From a virus: a DNA stretch of 64,000 bases. The translations under genes were made by a program, and so were the position numbers. The stretch lies in IMG/VR virus record IMGVR_UViG_3300027747_004271, positions 3,333-67,332 of that record; one strand, given 5' to 3'. How positions within the stretch are numbered: the first letter of the stretch is position 1; each line of letters starts with the position of its first letter. Below, in pieces: positions 7,261-17,479 of the stretch. The notes under the pieces were generated by a model. That model did not search any database. It saw only the letters and a program-made list of their open reading frames with translations, and was not told the origin of the DNA.

Positions 7261-9318
7261 CTATGTTGTTAAATTCTGAGGATCTTTTATGTTGATCTTC
7301 AGAAGCTGAAGCTTTTGGTTGTCGAGATTGATCATCTGAAAGAGGTAGTAAGGATTGGCCGTGTTGGTCTGTGCCTCTACTACTTTGTACTGAGAGTTCT
7401 TCTCGTCTCTCAACTTGAGATATTCTGGTGAGAAGTAGACCGTCAGCTTTCTCGCGATGTCGCCCTCGACAGAGATGACGTCCTTGAATGCGTCCATCCT
7501 CAGGTTCATGTTGGGATACGCCCTGGGAGAACCAGCATCGCAAACGACGCTAGTGACAAGTCTGTTCTTGTATGAGTCAAAAGTCACGTGATGTTGGGAT
7601 GAGTAGTTGGATATCAGACCATGCGCATCGATGCTGCAAATCGCATAGATGTATGCAGAAGACTCATAGAACTCTGGGTCCACAGTAAAGTCTTCGTCGA
7701 CATGGATATAGATGGGATACGATTTGTCTGCGTTGGAGGCTGTCTGCGTCTTTACGAGATACAGTAGGCCTTGATCCATCTGGGAAGTGTTGTTTGCATC
7801 TACAGCTTCACCAGTCTTATACCTCTCTTGGTCCATACCGGGCCTCGACGTATCGAATCCATATTGTGCTATCAGCTCAAATGGCTCTTTGATCGACTTT
7901 CTCCTCATCACCTGGAACTGCTTCACGTCTTTCTGGGGGTTGGAAGGCATGTCCCACTTGACAACGAGATTCCTCTTGACGTAGTCGAAAACGAATTTGA
8001 GATCGTTGGGCGGTGGAGGAGGCTGATATTCGAACGTCTCGATCGGATAGGAGATGGGACGAGAGCTCACATAGACGGTGGAAACGTCCACTTCCGTAGA
8101 ATCGCTATTGTATGTGAGAAGCTTTACTGCAGAGACGACACGAACCGTGTAGACATATGTGTATCCATACAGGACTGTGTCGTCGAGAAAAGAAGTAGTA
8201 GCTATCGACTCAACGAAGAACGTCTTCTCTTTCCTGAAGTCTTGACCTGTCGCGACATATCGATCGATGATGTATCCCAGCATCTTTGCGGGATGCTTGA
8301 GCTTTGCAGTCTCGGTCGCCGAAGAATCGTTATAGACGGGGTCAAACTCTTGTGCCTTGGACGCATTTCCTCTCGTCGAAGCGAACTTGAAGTTGGAGTG
8401 AGAGACTCTTAGATTGTTCAAGTGATCAGCATTTTGCTTGACTGCCGAGTCTTTGAACACATCGGGTATCACGGAGCTGTTGATCTTCATCGTGAGCGTC
8501 AGCGAGTCGGTGATCGACCTCAAGAGATCGTCGCTGTCGTTGAGATTCTTTTTCTCGTCGTACACCCTCAGTCCGAACGAAGTCTGTGGGAAATCTGAAA
8601 GCATGCCATAGGCATCAGACATCTTTCCAAGCTGAGCCTGATAAGCTTGGTCTTGTTTGTCTCCGACGTCGGCTGCAGACTGTATCTGGTATTTCGACAT
8701 CTTTGACAGACTTTCGGCGTCATGAAAATAGAAGCGGCTGTAGTTTTCAAGATCCGTGGCTCCCTGCTCAATCGCTTCGATGCTAGAGAAAGTATGATTG
8801 ACATACGACTCATTGAAGAAGTTGTCCTCGGATATCACTTTGTCATGGTTTCCCTCGATGGACAAATCTTGAGCAGACGAATCTTGTGACGTGTCTTGTT
8901 GGCTTGACTCGAACTTCGAGATCACCGGGGCGTTCCACTTGATCGAAACGTAGCGAGGTATTCTTGCGATGTCCGTGTGGTTCGTTCTAAGAACTTTCTG
9001 TCCATTGATAGAAGAAACGGTAGAAATCGTCGCGTCCTTCTGATATGGGGCCACACGTTCGTCGACAGTGTAGTAGTTGTACACGAATTCAGCTGTGAGA
9101 TCGGTGACTTCTGGGACGTTTATCTCGTCGATGCTGTGCGACGGATCAGACATCTTGCTCTTCGAGAACTGATGCGACTTACCGAGATCTCCTACGGGTA
9201 CGGCAATCTCTTCTGGCTCCGCTGCAGGCGTCTCATCTTTTGAGGAGCGAAGCTGAGGGATGTCAGCAAGAATCTTGGAGGGCGAATGACTTCTCGGCGT
9301 TTGATCGACTAGGGGCAT
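7261..9318 (-). CDS. Large hypothetical virion protein with fibronectin-III-like beta domains
   Basis: FLDDTVLYGYTYVYTVRVV, PPPPPNDL..., VKWDMP, YIYAICSIDAHGLISNYS are FN3-like. Start set at MPLVD (9318). Confidence 0.5.
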   Translation of the reverse strand: MPLVDQTPRSHSPSKILADIPQLRSSKDETPAAEPEEIAVPVGDLGKSHQFSKSKMSDPSHSIDEINVPEVTDLTAEFVYNYYTVDERVAPYQKDATISTVSSINGQKVLRTNHTDIARIPRYVSIKWNAPVISKFESSQQDTSQDSSAQDLSIEGNHDKVISEDNFFNESYVNHTFSSIEAIEQGATDLENYSRFYFHDAESLSKMSKYQIQSAADVGDKQDQAYQAQLGKMSDAYGMLSDFPQTSFGLRVYDEKKNLNDSDDLLRSITDSLTLTMKINSSVIPDVFKDSAVKQNADHLNNLRVSHSNFKFASTRGNASKAQEFDPVYNDSSATETAKLKHPAKMLGYIIDRYVATGQDFRKEKTFFVESIATTSFLDDTVLYGYTYVYTVRVVSAVKLLTYNSDSTEVDVSTVYVSSRPISYPIETFEYQPPPPPNDLKFVFDYVKRNLVVKWDMPSNPQKDVKQFQVMRRKSIKEPFELIAQYGFDTSRPGMDQERYKTGEAVDANNTSQMDQGLLYLVKTQTASNADKSYPIYIHVDEDFTVDPEFYESSAYIYAICSIDAHGLISNYSSQHHVTFDSYKNRLVTSVVCDAGSPRAYPNMNLRMDAFKDVISVEGDIARKLTVYFSPEYLKLRDEKNSQYKVVEAQTNTANPYYLFQMINLDNQKLQLLKINIKDPQNLTT

Positions 9319-9325
9319 CTTTATC

Positions 9326-12300
9326 TCACGTTGTGTATTGCTGTACGTAGTCGTAAGGTTCAACGGTCACGAAGTACTCGTCAAGAGACACGTCTTCGGG
9401 TGTCGTGTCTCTGTGACGATAGACAGTTTCTGAGGCGTTGTTCTGGTTCTGTTCCGCAATGATTATCTTTGCTTTCACCAAAGAGTCTAGCGTCGATGTC
9501 ATGGATGTATCGACATAGAAGTCGTCTGGGTCGATGATGACATTGAACACTCGATCGAACTTCTTTGGATAAACGATTCTCTTCTTGAACTCATCCAAGT
9601 TTGAGAGAAGTGTCTCGTTTCTGAAGAACATCTTGACGGTGTCGTTCACAGGAACCACATGCGTCTTTCCCGATTTACCAGGCTGACCGTTCATGGAATT
9701 TCCCGGGCCCGGCATCGAGTACGCTTGACCGCTTTGTGGATCGACGAACTGTGACTGATTGCCGGACTGCCCGTTCGAGTTCTGCGATATGGAATCGACG
9801 GTTGCGGAAGGACTGCCCGTTGCCTTGACGAAATCAAGGTACTTCTGGAACTGTTGTTCCATCGACTCCATGATTGGGCTCAGCGCGGCATAGTTGTGGT
9901 ACCGACTGTCCTCGAATCGACATTCAGTGAACCACCTGAGGTATTCTTCCAGGAGAAAACTCGTGACGTGGTTCGAGTAGACTTGAAACTTTTCTTCGCT
10001 TTTTCCGTCCAGAAAGTTTCCGTAATACTCTCTTCCGAAGGCTTCGGAGAAGTTTTTGTCGATTGCGACATGTCCGTCAGGATACACCATCTTCGTGGGT
10101 ATCGTGAGTATGTTGACGTTGTCTTGGAAGAATGAGTTGAAGTCCCAGTTGCTGAGGATCCTCGTAGGAAAACGACACATTTCAAAGAGGAACTCTTTGG
10201 GATGAAACACCACGTCGGGATGTAGTCTGTCGAGCTTGTAGACCTTTATTCTTACGAGATTCTGCATCAAGCCCGTCGAATTCTTGATCGACGTTCTCGG
10301 CATCGACCTTATCGACCTGTTGAGCTTCGGTGGTATGCCGATCGACATGATCTTCTTGTTGTTGCCCTTTTTCTTCATGAACTCAGGAGAATTGAAGTAG
10401 GGAGCAAGCATCGTGAAAGAGACGTGATCCGTCTCGTTGACGCTGAGGTAATCGACGAAGTTGTCAGGGAAATCCACGAACATCGGAAGAGCACTCAGCT
10501 TGGAAGTCGTGTCCTTTCCTTCCGCGACCCTATCCAACATCTCAGAGAGCACATAAGTCGACATCCTCGTCTGCTCTTCTGTGAACGACAAGTTCAAGAG
10601 AAAGCTTCTTTGGTCGTCGTTGAGGCTAGAATCTTGGGCCAACAAGCTTTGCGTCGAGCTGATGTGTGAAACGAAGTTTTGTGTCAGATAGGTCTTTAGA
10701 GAAGTAAGCCTGTCTCCTAGGACTGAGAGGTACTTCCTGAAGATAGAAAGCTTCCTGACCGTGATGGTGTCTTCCGCATCTAAGAAGTGAAGCGCGTCAT
10801 AGATCTTCTTCGCGTAGACCTGCTTGGACTCACCTCCTGGGACGTCGTACACGGCGAAATAGTCGGAGGCTACGACGGAATCGTAGCCGTCCAAGACTAG
10901 TCCGACTTCTGCCGTCTTCGTACCTTGATAAGTGGCAAAATCTCCCGATCCGGAATAGACGTCTTGCTTTCTCGTGTATGTGCCTATCAGATTCTCGGGA
11001 GTCTGTACAGCGATTACTCTCATGATCAGGTCGAAGTAGCTGTACAGATAAGCGACCTTTGAGAGGCCCGAATAGCCCGTCGAGTCTCCCGTGTATATCG
11101 CTGTATGCTGATAGATTCCTGTCATCAGGTCCAAAATGGATGCCCAGAGTCCTGATGTCATGTCGATCTTCAGTGGCATGATGGACTGAAGGTTGATGTT
11201 GCCCGAGTCGGTTTCAGGAACTTGGTAGAGGCTATAGATGCGTCCTTCGTCAAATGCATCTCCTATGTTGTCGTTGTCGTATTTTGAGTCGACAGAGAGC
11301 AGAAGCTTGTTGATTCGTGCCGTGATTTCGACGATGGTCTGTTGATTCTTGGCACCATCCACCTTCTGGAGTACTCCATTGATGAACAAGAGAAAGAGCT
11401 GGGACTTCAGCTTTTCGCCTAGACTCTTGTAGGGTATGTCAGGTCTTATCGCTGCCTTGCAGATTGTCGCTGCAAGTCTCGTAGAGATTTCGTCAGTATC
11501 CGGCGAAGCGAAAGAAGGCGTCTTGGCCTTTGAGTAAACTCCGCCGTCCGGTTGTACGCCGAGGAAGTTCGAATACATGGTCGTCACCATGTTAAGGCTA
11601 TTCGTGATTCCCTCCAGCGATAACTCGGGAGTCGTATCCTGGCGCTCATACCTCTCGTTGACGCCTTCGATTGTCACATTGGCCGACTTGATGTCATACC
11701 CGAGGATGTCAAAGAGCGTCTTGGCAGTCTGCTGTGCGTCAATCGTCTTAGTGATCAGAGAATCAAGTCTCGCGGAGTCGAAGCTCTTGCCGTCGGTTGT
11801 GTTGAGAGCGCTGTCGATGTAGTAGTAAGAACCAGGCGTCACAGAAGAATTTTCGATGAAATTTCTCTCGAAAGTCAAGACGTTGTAAAGGTCGTTTCCT
11901 GCACCGACTGACTCCTGAGAGAAGCTCACAAGTGATCTTCCTTGTCCCGTTGGCATCTTTGGGAACTCTAGGACGGACTTGGAAAACTTTCCAATGAGGT
12001 AGTCCCAGACTGAGAAGTTGTCTCCTGACGTGCTGTTCACACTGAATCCGTATCTTGTGGAGAGATACGAAGCGTTCTCTTTGGCCAAGAGGTACGAAGA
12101 ATAGAACGCCTCTTTGATCAAGACGTTGGCCAAGATACTGATGTCTCTTCCTGCATCCTCAAAAGGCATCAGGACGTCAGGAGAGCGGGAAATGCTTTTC
12201 ACACCTAAGGCAGGAGAGCTGGGTCCTCTGTTCGAAGTCGACCTCTGAGATGTGTTGGCTGCTGCAAGATTGACGTATTGGTTCTTTCCAAAGTCTATGA

Positions 12301-13261
12301 GACTGTTGAGATTCGCGTCAATTTGTTGAGAGATGGACATGTTAGAGAATAGAGGCAATCCGTTGTAGAACGGATTGATCCACAGACGAATCATGTCTTC
12401 AGGTTGCTTTACGACGTCGGATAGGAGATAGGGATCTCTGTCTGTTCCTTCGGTTGACTTCTTTCGAATGTACTGCTGCGCAGTCAAGTCAGGAGAGTGA
12501 GTCAAGAGAGTTCTCTTCAATTCGACGAGCGACTGTTGCCACACTTTCGTCTCAGAGAAGTCGGTGATCATGTCAGAACCATAGCCACCTTTTCGCAGTA
12601 TCTCATAGAGGCTTCCCACCGTGTCATGCCCCACTATGTTGGGCAGAGCGAAGGTTGTGACATCGAGCGTGTTGACAGCATCGTTGACCGTGATTGTCAA
12701 ATTTCTCAGGAAGTTCTTTTCTTCTGATGCATAGGAGAGCAGCTCGTTCTTGTTGTCCTGGATGACAGTCTTCACGTCATCGCTCTGCGCGAGAAGATTG
12801 GTTGCAACTTTAGCTGTGACAGAGCTTCCAACTTCTTTGAGATGAAGCATCTTTCCCTGCATCGTCTTGTCATTTCCGTCGTACACGGGCATGAACTCGG
12901 AAGTCAGGACTATCGTCGGCTGAGAATCTGGCAGTCCCGTGTTTATCGAAAAGATCTTGGCAGCTGTATTCGAAGGAGATGACGTCTCTAGATTGGAAGA
13001 GTCGACATCGGCAAGTGTCGTGTTCTTCGTGTGTATCTTCGCCGTTGCCCTCGAAGTAGTGGTTGATCTTTTTGAGGGAGTGTTGGATGGGCGTGGCGGA
13101 GCTCCTGCCGAAGCTCTTGACATCATTTTTGATATGGGGCTAGTGGCTGCTGCAGATGTCTGCCTGGGACTGCTCTTTGTCGTCGAGGCAGGTGTTGTGT
13201 GATAAGTGTTGTTGTCTTGATTGGCTTGAGAACCGCTCGTCTGTCTTGAGGACTTGGCCAT
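9326..13261 (-). CDS. Large hypothetical protein (1311 aa), probably virion-associated, with Ser/Thr-rich N-terminus
   Basis: Long ORF within the structural block; no recognisable catalytic motif. Confidence 0.55.
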   Translation of the reverse strand: MAKSSRQTSGSQANQDNNTYHTTPASTTKSSPRQTSAAATSPISKMMSRASAGAPPRPSNTPSKRSTTTSRATAKIHTKNTTLADVDSSNLETSSPSNTAAKIFSINTGLPDSQPTIVLTSEFMPVYDGNDKTMQGKMLHLKEVGSSVTAKVATNLLAQSDDVKTVIQDNKNELLSYASEEKNFLRNLTITVNDAVNTLDVTTFALPNIVGHDTVGSLYEILRKGGYGSDMITDFSETKVWQQSLVELKRTLLTHSPDLTAQQYIRKKSTEGTDRDPYLLSDVVKQPEDMIRLWINPFYNGLPLFSNMSISQQIDANLNSLIDFGKNQYVNLAAANTSQRSTSNRGPSSPALGVKSISRSPDVLMPFEDAGRDISILANVLIKEAFYSSYLLAKENASYLSTRYGFSVNSTSGDNFSVWDYLIGKFSKSVLEFPKMPTGQGRSLVSFSQESVGAGNDLYNVLTFERNFIENSSVTPGSYYYIDSALNTTDGKSFDSARLDSLITKTIDAQQTAKTLFDILGYDIKSANVTIEGVNERYERQDTTPELSLEGITNSLNMVTTMYSNFLGVQPDGGVYSKAKTPSFASPDTDEISTRLAATICKAAIRPDIPYKSLGEKLKSQLFLLFINGVLQKVDGAKNQQTIVEITARINKLLLSVDSKYDNDNIGDAFDEGRIYSLYQVPETDSGNINLQSIMPLKIDMTSGLWASILDLMTGIYQHTAIYTGDSTGYSGLSKVAYLYSYFDLIMRVIAVQTPENLIGTYTRKQDVYSGSGDFATYQGTKTAEVGLVLDGYDSVVASDYFAVYDVPGGESKQVYAKKIYDALHFLDAEDTITVRKLSIFRKYLSVLGDRLTSLKTYLTQNFVSHISSTQSLLAQDSSLNDDQRSFLLNLSFTEEQTRMSTYVLSEMLDRVAEGKDTTSKLSALPMFVDFPDNFVDYLSVNETDHVSFTMLAPYFNSPEFMKKKGNNKKIMSIGIPPKLNRSIRSMPRTSIKNSTGLMQNLVRIKVYKLDRLHPDVVFHPKEFLFEMCRFPTRILSNWDFNSFFQDNVNILTIPTKMVYPDGHVAIDKNFSEAFGREYYGNFLDGKSEEKFQVYSNHVTSFLLEEYLRWFTECRFEDSRYHNYAALSPIMESMEQQFQKYLDFVKATGSPSATVDSISQNSNGQSGNQSQFVDPQSGQAYSMPGPGNSMNGQPGKSGKTHVVPVNDTVKMFFRNETLLSNLDEFKKRIVYPKKFDRVFNVIIDPDDFYVDTSMTSTLDSLVKAKIIIAEQNQNNASETVYRHRDTTPEDVSLDEYFVTVEPYDYVQQYTT

Positions 13262-13267
13262 GATTGC

Positions 13268-15964
13268 TCACTTCAACGAATAAGAGACTTGTTTCTGTTG
13301 ACCTGAAAGTACTTGAGTGCTGCTTTGTGCAACAGTCGGTCGATTCGTAGTTTTCTGTATCGAAATCTTGAAATTTGACGCCTTTATCTTCGGTGCGATT
13401 CCTTCGGGCGTAATGAGAAGAGGGCTCGAGAAACCTGCATTGTCGATGTCAAACTCTGACATGATCGGCACCACGATATAGTAGATCGTTCCCAAGTCTT
13501 CGGAAGTGAGCTCGTGATAGATGTAGTTCTTGGAAGTCCTTCCGACGAAAGACCTGACGCCGTTGACCACCTTGAGGACGACGAAACAGTCGTAGAGGTC
13601 CAGCCTTTTGTTCTGGGATTTGTTCTGAAAATTCCAAACAATCTTTACGGTGTTCCTATCGATTCTATTTGCGTCTATTTGTGACAGTTCTGTGAACTGT
13701 GTGGATCCTTCAGTCTGATATGTCGCAGTCAGTCCAAAGGCTTCCGATGTGAGCAGCTCGTACGTGTCGATAACTGGTACTCCGTTCTCGTCGTCGGCAT
13801 AAAGCTTCCCATTGATAGCTGACACGTTCTTCCATTTGTAGGGAAGGTAGAACCATTCTTTGCCTCGACTGTTGACACCTCTCGCAACGAAATTCTTGAA
13901 GATCTCAATTGGATTCTTCTTGTACGTGAAGACCTGATAGAAGTACACGTGCTGAGGATTGATCGGCTTGACGTTATTGATCTTCTGAGACGTGTAGTTG
14001 TCATTGAAGGCCCCGTCAGAGACGAGAGAGAAGAACTCTCTCTCGGCGGTGTTCAAGTTTGTCCGGACAATTTCGTGCATGAACAAGTCGGAATAGACAG
14101 GAATGCCCTTTGTGCTTCCTAGAGGTGAAGACGAATTGTTGGCAGGATCAAGGTACTGACTGTAGATCTCTGGGTATTGGGTCTTGAGCGTCTCTGTGAT
14201 CAATGCACTTTCAGAAGGAGACACAGTGGTCTTCAGACCAAACGACACCGATGCTTCTCCGGTATCAGCAACTTGTGTCGTGACTCCTGACAATTCTACG
14301 CTGATGGAACGGGTGGTATCCGCAGAAGGAGTATTCTTGAACATCGCATAATTGGATATCAGAGGAACAGCGGTCGCCGTCGTGGCTCCAAAAACTGTCG
14401 CGACCGCGTAATACTCGTACGTGTGATTTTCTTGCGCTTTCTCGTCTGAGAAGACATACTGGGATGTCGTCTGCTTCGTCGTAGTGACGTAGGCTGAGAA
14501 TTTCTCGTCTGGATTGGACGTGCAATCTCTTCGATACAGAGTCAGACTTGCTGTTTGCTTGGGAATATTGAAGACGTCGACCCGGACTCTGTTCTTTCCC
14601 ATGTGGCGTGGGAGAATCGTGAGTGACCCCATGGATTTGTGACCAGGACCCAACACTTCGCTTGCATACAAGTTCGACTCTTTGTTCTGAACATCGAATG
14701 GCACGACTCGAAGGACCGAGAGGTCTGTGATGGTCTCGAACTGATACTTGTTCTCTCCGCGCCTGTTGGGAATCGTGGCTATCTTGACGTAGGGACTGGC
14801 TGTTCCGTTCTGTGCGATGCTCTTCAAGTATACGTTGAAGCCCTTTGTCTTTCCCGGCTGCTCTTTGTCGAATATCGATACAGTGTGCGTCTTCTTGTGA
14901 GTCGATTGAGTCGATATGGGTGAAGAGTTTACTCTGATCTCTGGGTGCTCCTTGAAGACATTGAAAGCTTCGACGTGATTCGACACGAAAAGGTCAGTGC
15001 TGACCGTCTCTTCGACAGTGTTCTTTCCTCTCTTGTACAAGTCAAATTTGACCGTCAAAACGAGGTTCTGATTGCTCTTCTTGATGCTGACTTTCTCAGT
15101 TATCTCGACAGCATCGAGAGCCTTGGTCACGATCCTCTGATCGTACCACTTCATAGAAGCTTCTTTGGGACTCTCTGGTACATAGTCCAAGTAGTACTTG
15201 GACATGTCGAGAGCCAAGGATTTCGCTCCTTGCGTGATGAGACGTTGACGTATCGAAGGATCCTCTAGATGAGATACAGATGTGAGACCTGAGAGGCGAT
15301 GATCGTACACGGGAGACGTGATGTCCACGAGATCAGAATTGATCTTTTCTATCGTGTTCTTTGGATCGATCTTGTGTGAGTCAGTCTGCTTCAGGGACGT
15401 TTTGTTCGTCGAAGGGCTACCACTCAATCTCAAGTTGTTGAGACGATTTCTCTGCAATTTTGGGTCTGTCTTGTACGAAGGAGCAAAAAGCTCAGTATAA
15501 GTGTACAAATTCGTGGTCGCATCCACGACGTGTGGAGATATGTTGACGGTCACCTTGTCGACATAGTCTTCCTTCGATTCGATGTCCTTGATCAGTTGAA
15601 GTCCAGCGTATAGCTTGTCAGAAAGCTTCGAAGGAAGAATCTTCATCTGCTTGCCATTGTTTGGCTTCAGGCTTCGCACCGAAGGAGACGGAGTACCGTT
15701 AGGCTTCTTTCCAGAAACAGCCGACGAAGTATTAGAGTGTATCGAAGTGGCGGCGTTTGCCCTTGACTCTTTCTTCTTGACAGTGATGACCACCTTGTCG
15801 TAGTCAGCTATCTTTTTGTTGACGTTGTTCAACGAAAGATTGAAGGCAATATTGAAGGTATAGGCATCCCGTTGCTGAGAGACAATCTCAGCAAATGTCT
15901 CTGCATTCACGCTGAGGATTGAAGAAGAAGAGGTGGATGCTGCTTTTCTTTGCTTGATGTTCAT
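13268..15964 (-). CDS. Large hypothetical virion protein (898 aa), beta-rich / FN3-like segments
   Basis: Long ORF with 4-nt overlap to the upstream gene; YVFSDEKAQENHTYEYYAV and VKIVWN...IYYIVVP FN3-like segments. Confidence 0.5.
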   Translation of the reverse strand: MNIKQRKAASTSSSSILSVNAETFAEIVSQQRDAYTFNIAFNLSLNNVNKKIADYDKVVITVKKKESRANAATSIHSNTSSAVSGKKPNGTPSPSVRSLKPNNGKQMKILPSKLSDKLYAGLQLIKDIESKEDYVDKVTVNISPHVVDATTNLYTYTELFAPSYKTDPKLQRNRLNNLRLSGSPSTNKTSLKQTDSHKIDPKNTIEKINSDLVDITSPVYDHRLSGLTSVSHLEDPSIRQRLITQGAKSLALDMSKYYLDYVPESPKEASMKWYDQRIVTKALDAVEITEKVSIKKSNQNLVLTVKFDLYKRGKNTVEETVSTDLFVSNHVEAFNVFKEHPEIRVNSSPISTQSTHKKTHTVSIFDKEQPGKTKGFNVYLKSIAQNGTASPYVKIATIPNRRGENKYQFETITDLSVLRVVPFDVQNKESNLYASEVLGPGHKSMGSLTILPRHMGKNRVRVDVFNIPKQTASLTLYRRDCTSNPDEKFSAYVTTTKQTTSQYVFSDEKAQENHTYEYYAVATVFGATTATAVPLISNYAMFKNTPSADTTRSISVELSGVTTQVADTGEASVSFGLKTTVSPSESALITETLKTQYPEIYSQYLDPANNSSSPLGSTKGIPVYSDLFMHEIVRTNLNTAEREFFSLVSDGAFNDNYTSQKINNVKPINPQHVYFYQVFTYKKNPIEIFKNFVARGVNSRGKEWFYLPYKWKNVSAINGKLYADDENGVPVIDTYELLTSEAFGLTATYQTEGSTQFTELSQIDANRIDRNTVKIVWNFQNKSQNKRLDLYDCFVVLKVVNGVRSFVGRTSKNYIYHELTSEDLGTIYYIVVPIMSEFDIDNAGFSSPLLITPEGIAPKIKASNFKISIQKTTNRPTVAQSSTQVLSGQQKQVSYSLK

Positions 15965-17427
15965 TTGACCAATACCTTCTCTTCATCATTGACCCTAGAA
16001 AAGATGAGAGTGAACATGTTGACGAAGCAAGTCGTTCCTCTGTTGTCTATGTACGTCTTTCCGACAAAGAACACCCTGTGGGACACGACCGAAGACGACT
16101 GGGCATCGTTACGAACGTCTCCGAAATCCACGACGTCGAGCTTACTCACAGTCCTGTCGGAAATCTCAAAGAACTGTCCTATCAGTGTGTTCTTCATTGA
16201 CGTCTCAGTGACGAACACGTTTGCTTGCGTATCTTGGTACGCCTTCAGTTGCTCCATGAGCTTTGAGAAGCTCAGCTTCTTCTCATTGTCGCCCCACGAA
16301 GGATAGTCTCCCAACAGATAAGGCTGCAGGGCGTCGATGCGCGTCTTGTCAGGAACTAACGAATCGGACGTCTTGACGATGGGCGGCAGATATGCGAAGT
16401 TGTCCAGATGACTCAACTTGTCGTCATTGAAGAGCGAGTCGATCGAATTGAGTGTAGGTGGATTAGTGCTCGTTGCCGCAAGGGTCTTTTGATTGATCTT
16501 GGAGAGGTCAAAAGTCAGCTCGTTGTTTGATAGCTGGAATGTCTGATCCTGATAGAGACGATTGATCGAGGCGATCGACTGTATCTTCAGGAAGTTGTCG
16601 AACGAGGACGTGAGGATTCCGCCTATCTGGGAAGCGAACGACGCATTCTCGAGCTCGTCGATCAAAATCTTGCCTCCGACAGCACCTTCTTCGACCTGTA
16701 GCGGCGAGGAAAGGTTGTAGGGAGGCAAGACACCTTCACTTCCTGTCAGTCTCAATATCGATCCTACGAAGGAATCAGCGACATCGAAATACAGGGAATC
16801 GTTCTCAGCGACGGTAAAGACATTAGGTCCTCCGAGCGTCTGAAGCTGAGCAATGGCGCCCGACATGGCTTGAACAAATTGGGAAGGACCCATGCCTCCC
16901 TTTGTTCCGACGAATGCCGTCCAAGGAGGACTACCGGCAGCTATGACTTTGCCTGCAAGTATCTTCGGATCAATCAGAACGCTTCCAGTGAGACCTGTGG
17001 TGTCTGAGTAGACGAATCCCTTGTTGAGGTCATCCGAAGACTCTTGGATGAATTGAGCAGTTATTCTTCTTCCATGGTGATACTGCTGCACTGACAGCCT
17101 GCCGTTGACGAGCTTACCTTCGGCATGAGGCAAATACACGTTTCCGCCCGGAGGCTTCAACTTGATGTCTTGACTCCTGAAGGCTACCAGCTTACCTTCG
17201 TCGTTTGCCTCGAACGTGATCTGGTCTTGAGGCAGGTTGCATGCCTCAAGGTAGATCTTGTTCGTGGGATCCACGTGACCCTCGTCAGAGTCGGGAATGT
17301 ACGCGACGTCAGCATCGCTGAATGTGACATAGGAGACCTCAAAGGTCCCCTCTGCCATCTGTCTGCGGCCCTCGACCGTCAACATCGCATCGATGATTCT
17401 GGATTTGTTGTCGAGGATTCCGCTCAT
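15961..17427 (-). CDS. Virion/tail structural protein
   Basis: N-terminus MSGILDNKSRIIDAMLTVEGRRQMA...FSDADVAY parallels that of 6417..7166. Confidence 0.55.
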   Translation of the reverse strand: MSGILDNKSRIIDAMLTVEGRRQMAEGTFEVSYVTFSDADVAYIPDSDEGHVDPTNKIYLEACNLPQDQITFEANDEGKLVAFRSQDIKLKPPGGNVYLPHAEGKLVNGRLSVQQYHHGRRITAQFIQESSDDLNKGFVYSDTTGLTGSVLIDPKILAGKVIAAGSPPWTAFVGTKGGMGPSQFVQAMSGAIAQLQTLGGPNVFTVAENDSLYFDVADSFVGSILRLTGSEGVLPPYNLSSPLQVEEGAVGGKILIDELENASFASQIGGILTSSFDNFLKIQSIASINRLYQDQTFQLSNNELTFDLSKINQKTLAATSTNPPTLNSIDSLFNDDKLSHLDNFAYLPPIVKTSDSLVPDKTRIDALQPYLLGDYPSWGDNEKKLSFSKLMEQLKAYQDTQANVFVTETSMKNTLIGQFFEISDRTVSKLDVVDFGDVRNDAQSSSVVSHRVFFVGKTYIDNRGTTCFVNMFTLIFSRVNDEEKVLVK

Positions 17428-17479
17428 GATTCCCTACATGTCAAATATGGTGGATGCCACAGTTCTAGCCCATCGAAGG

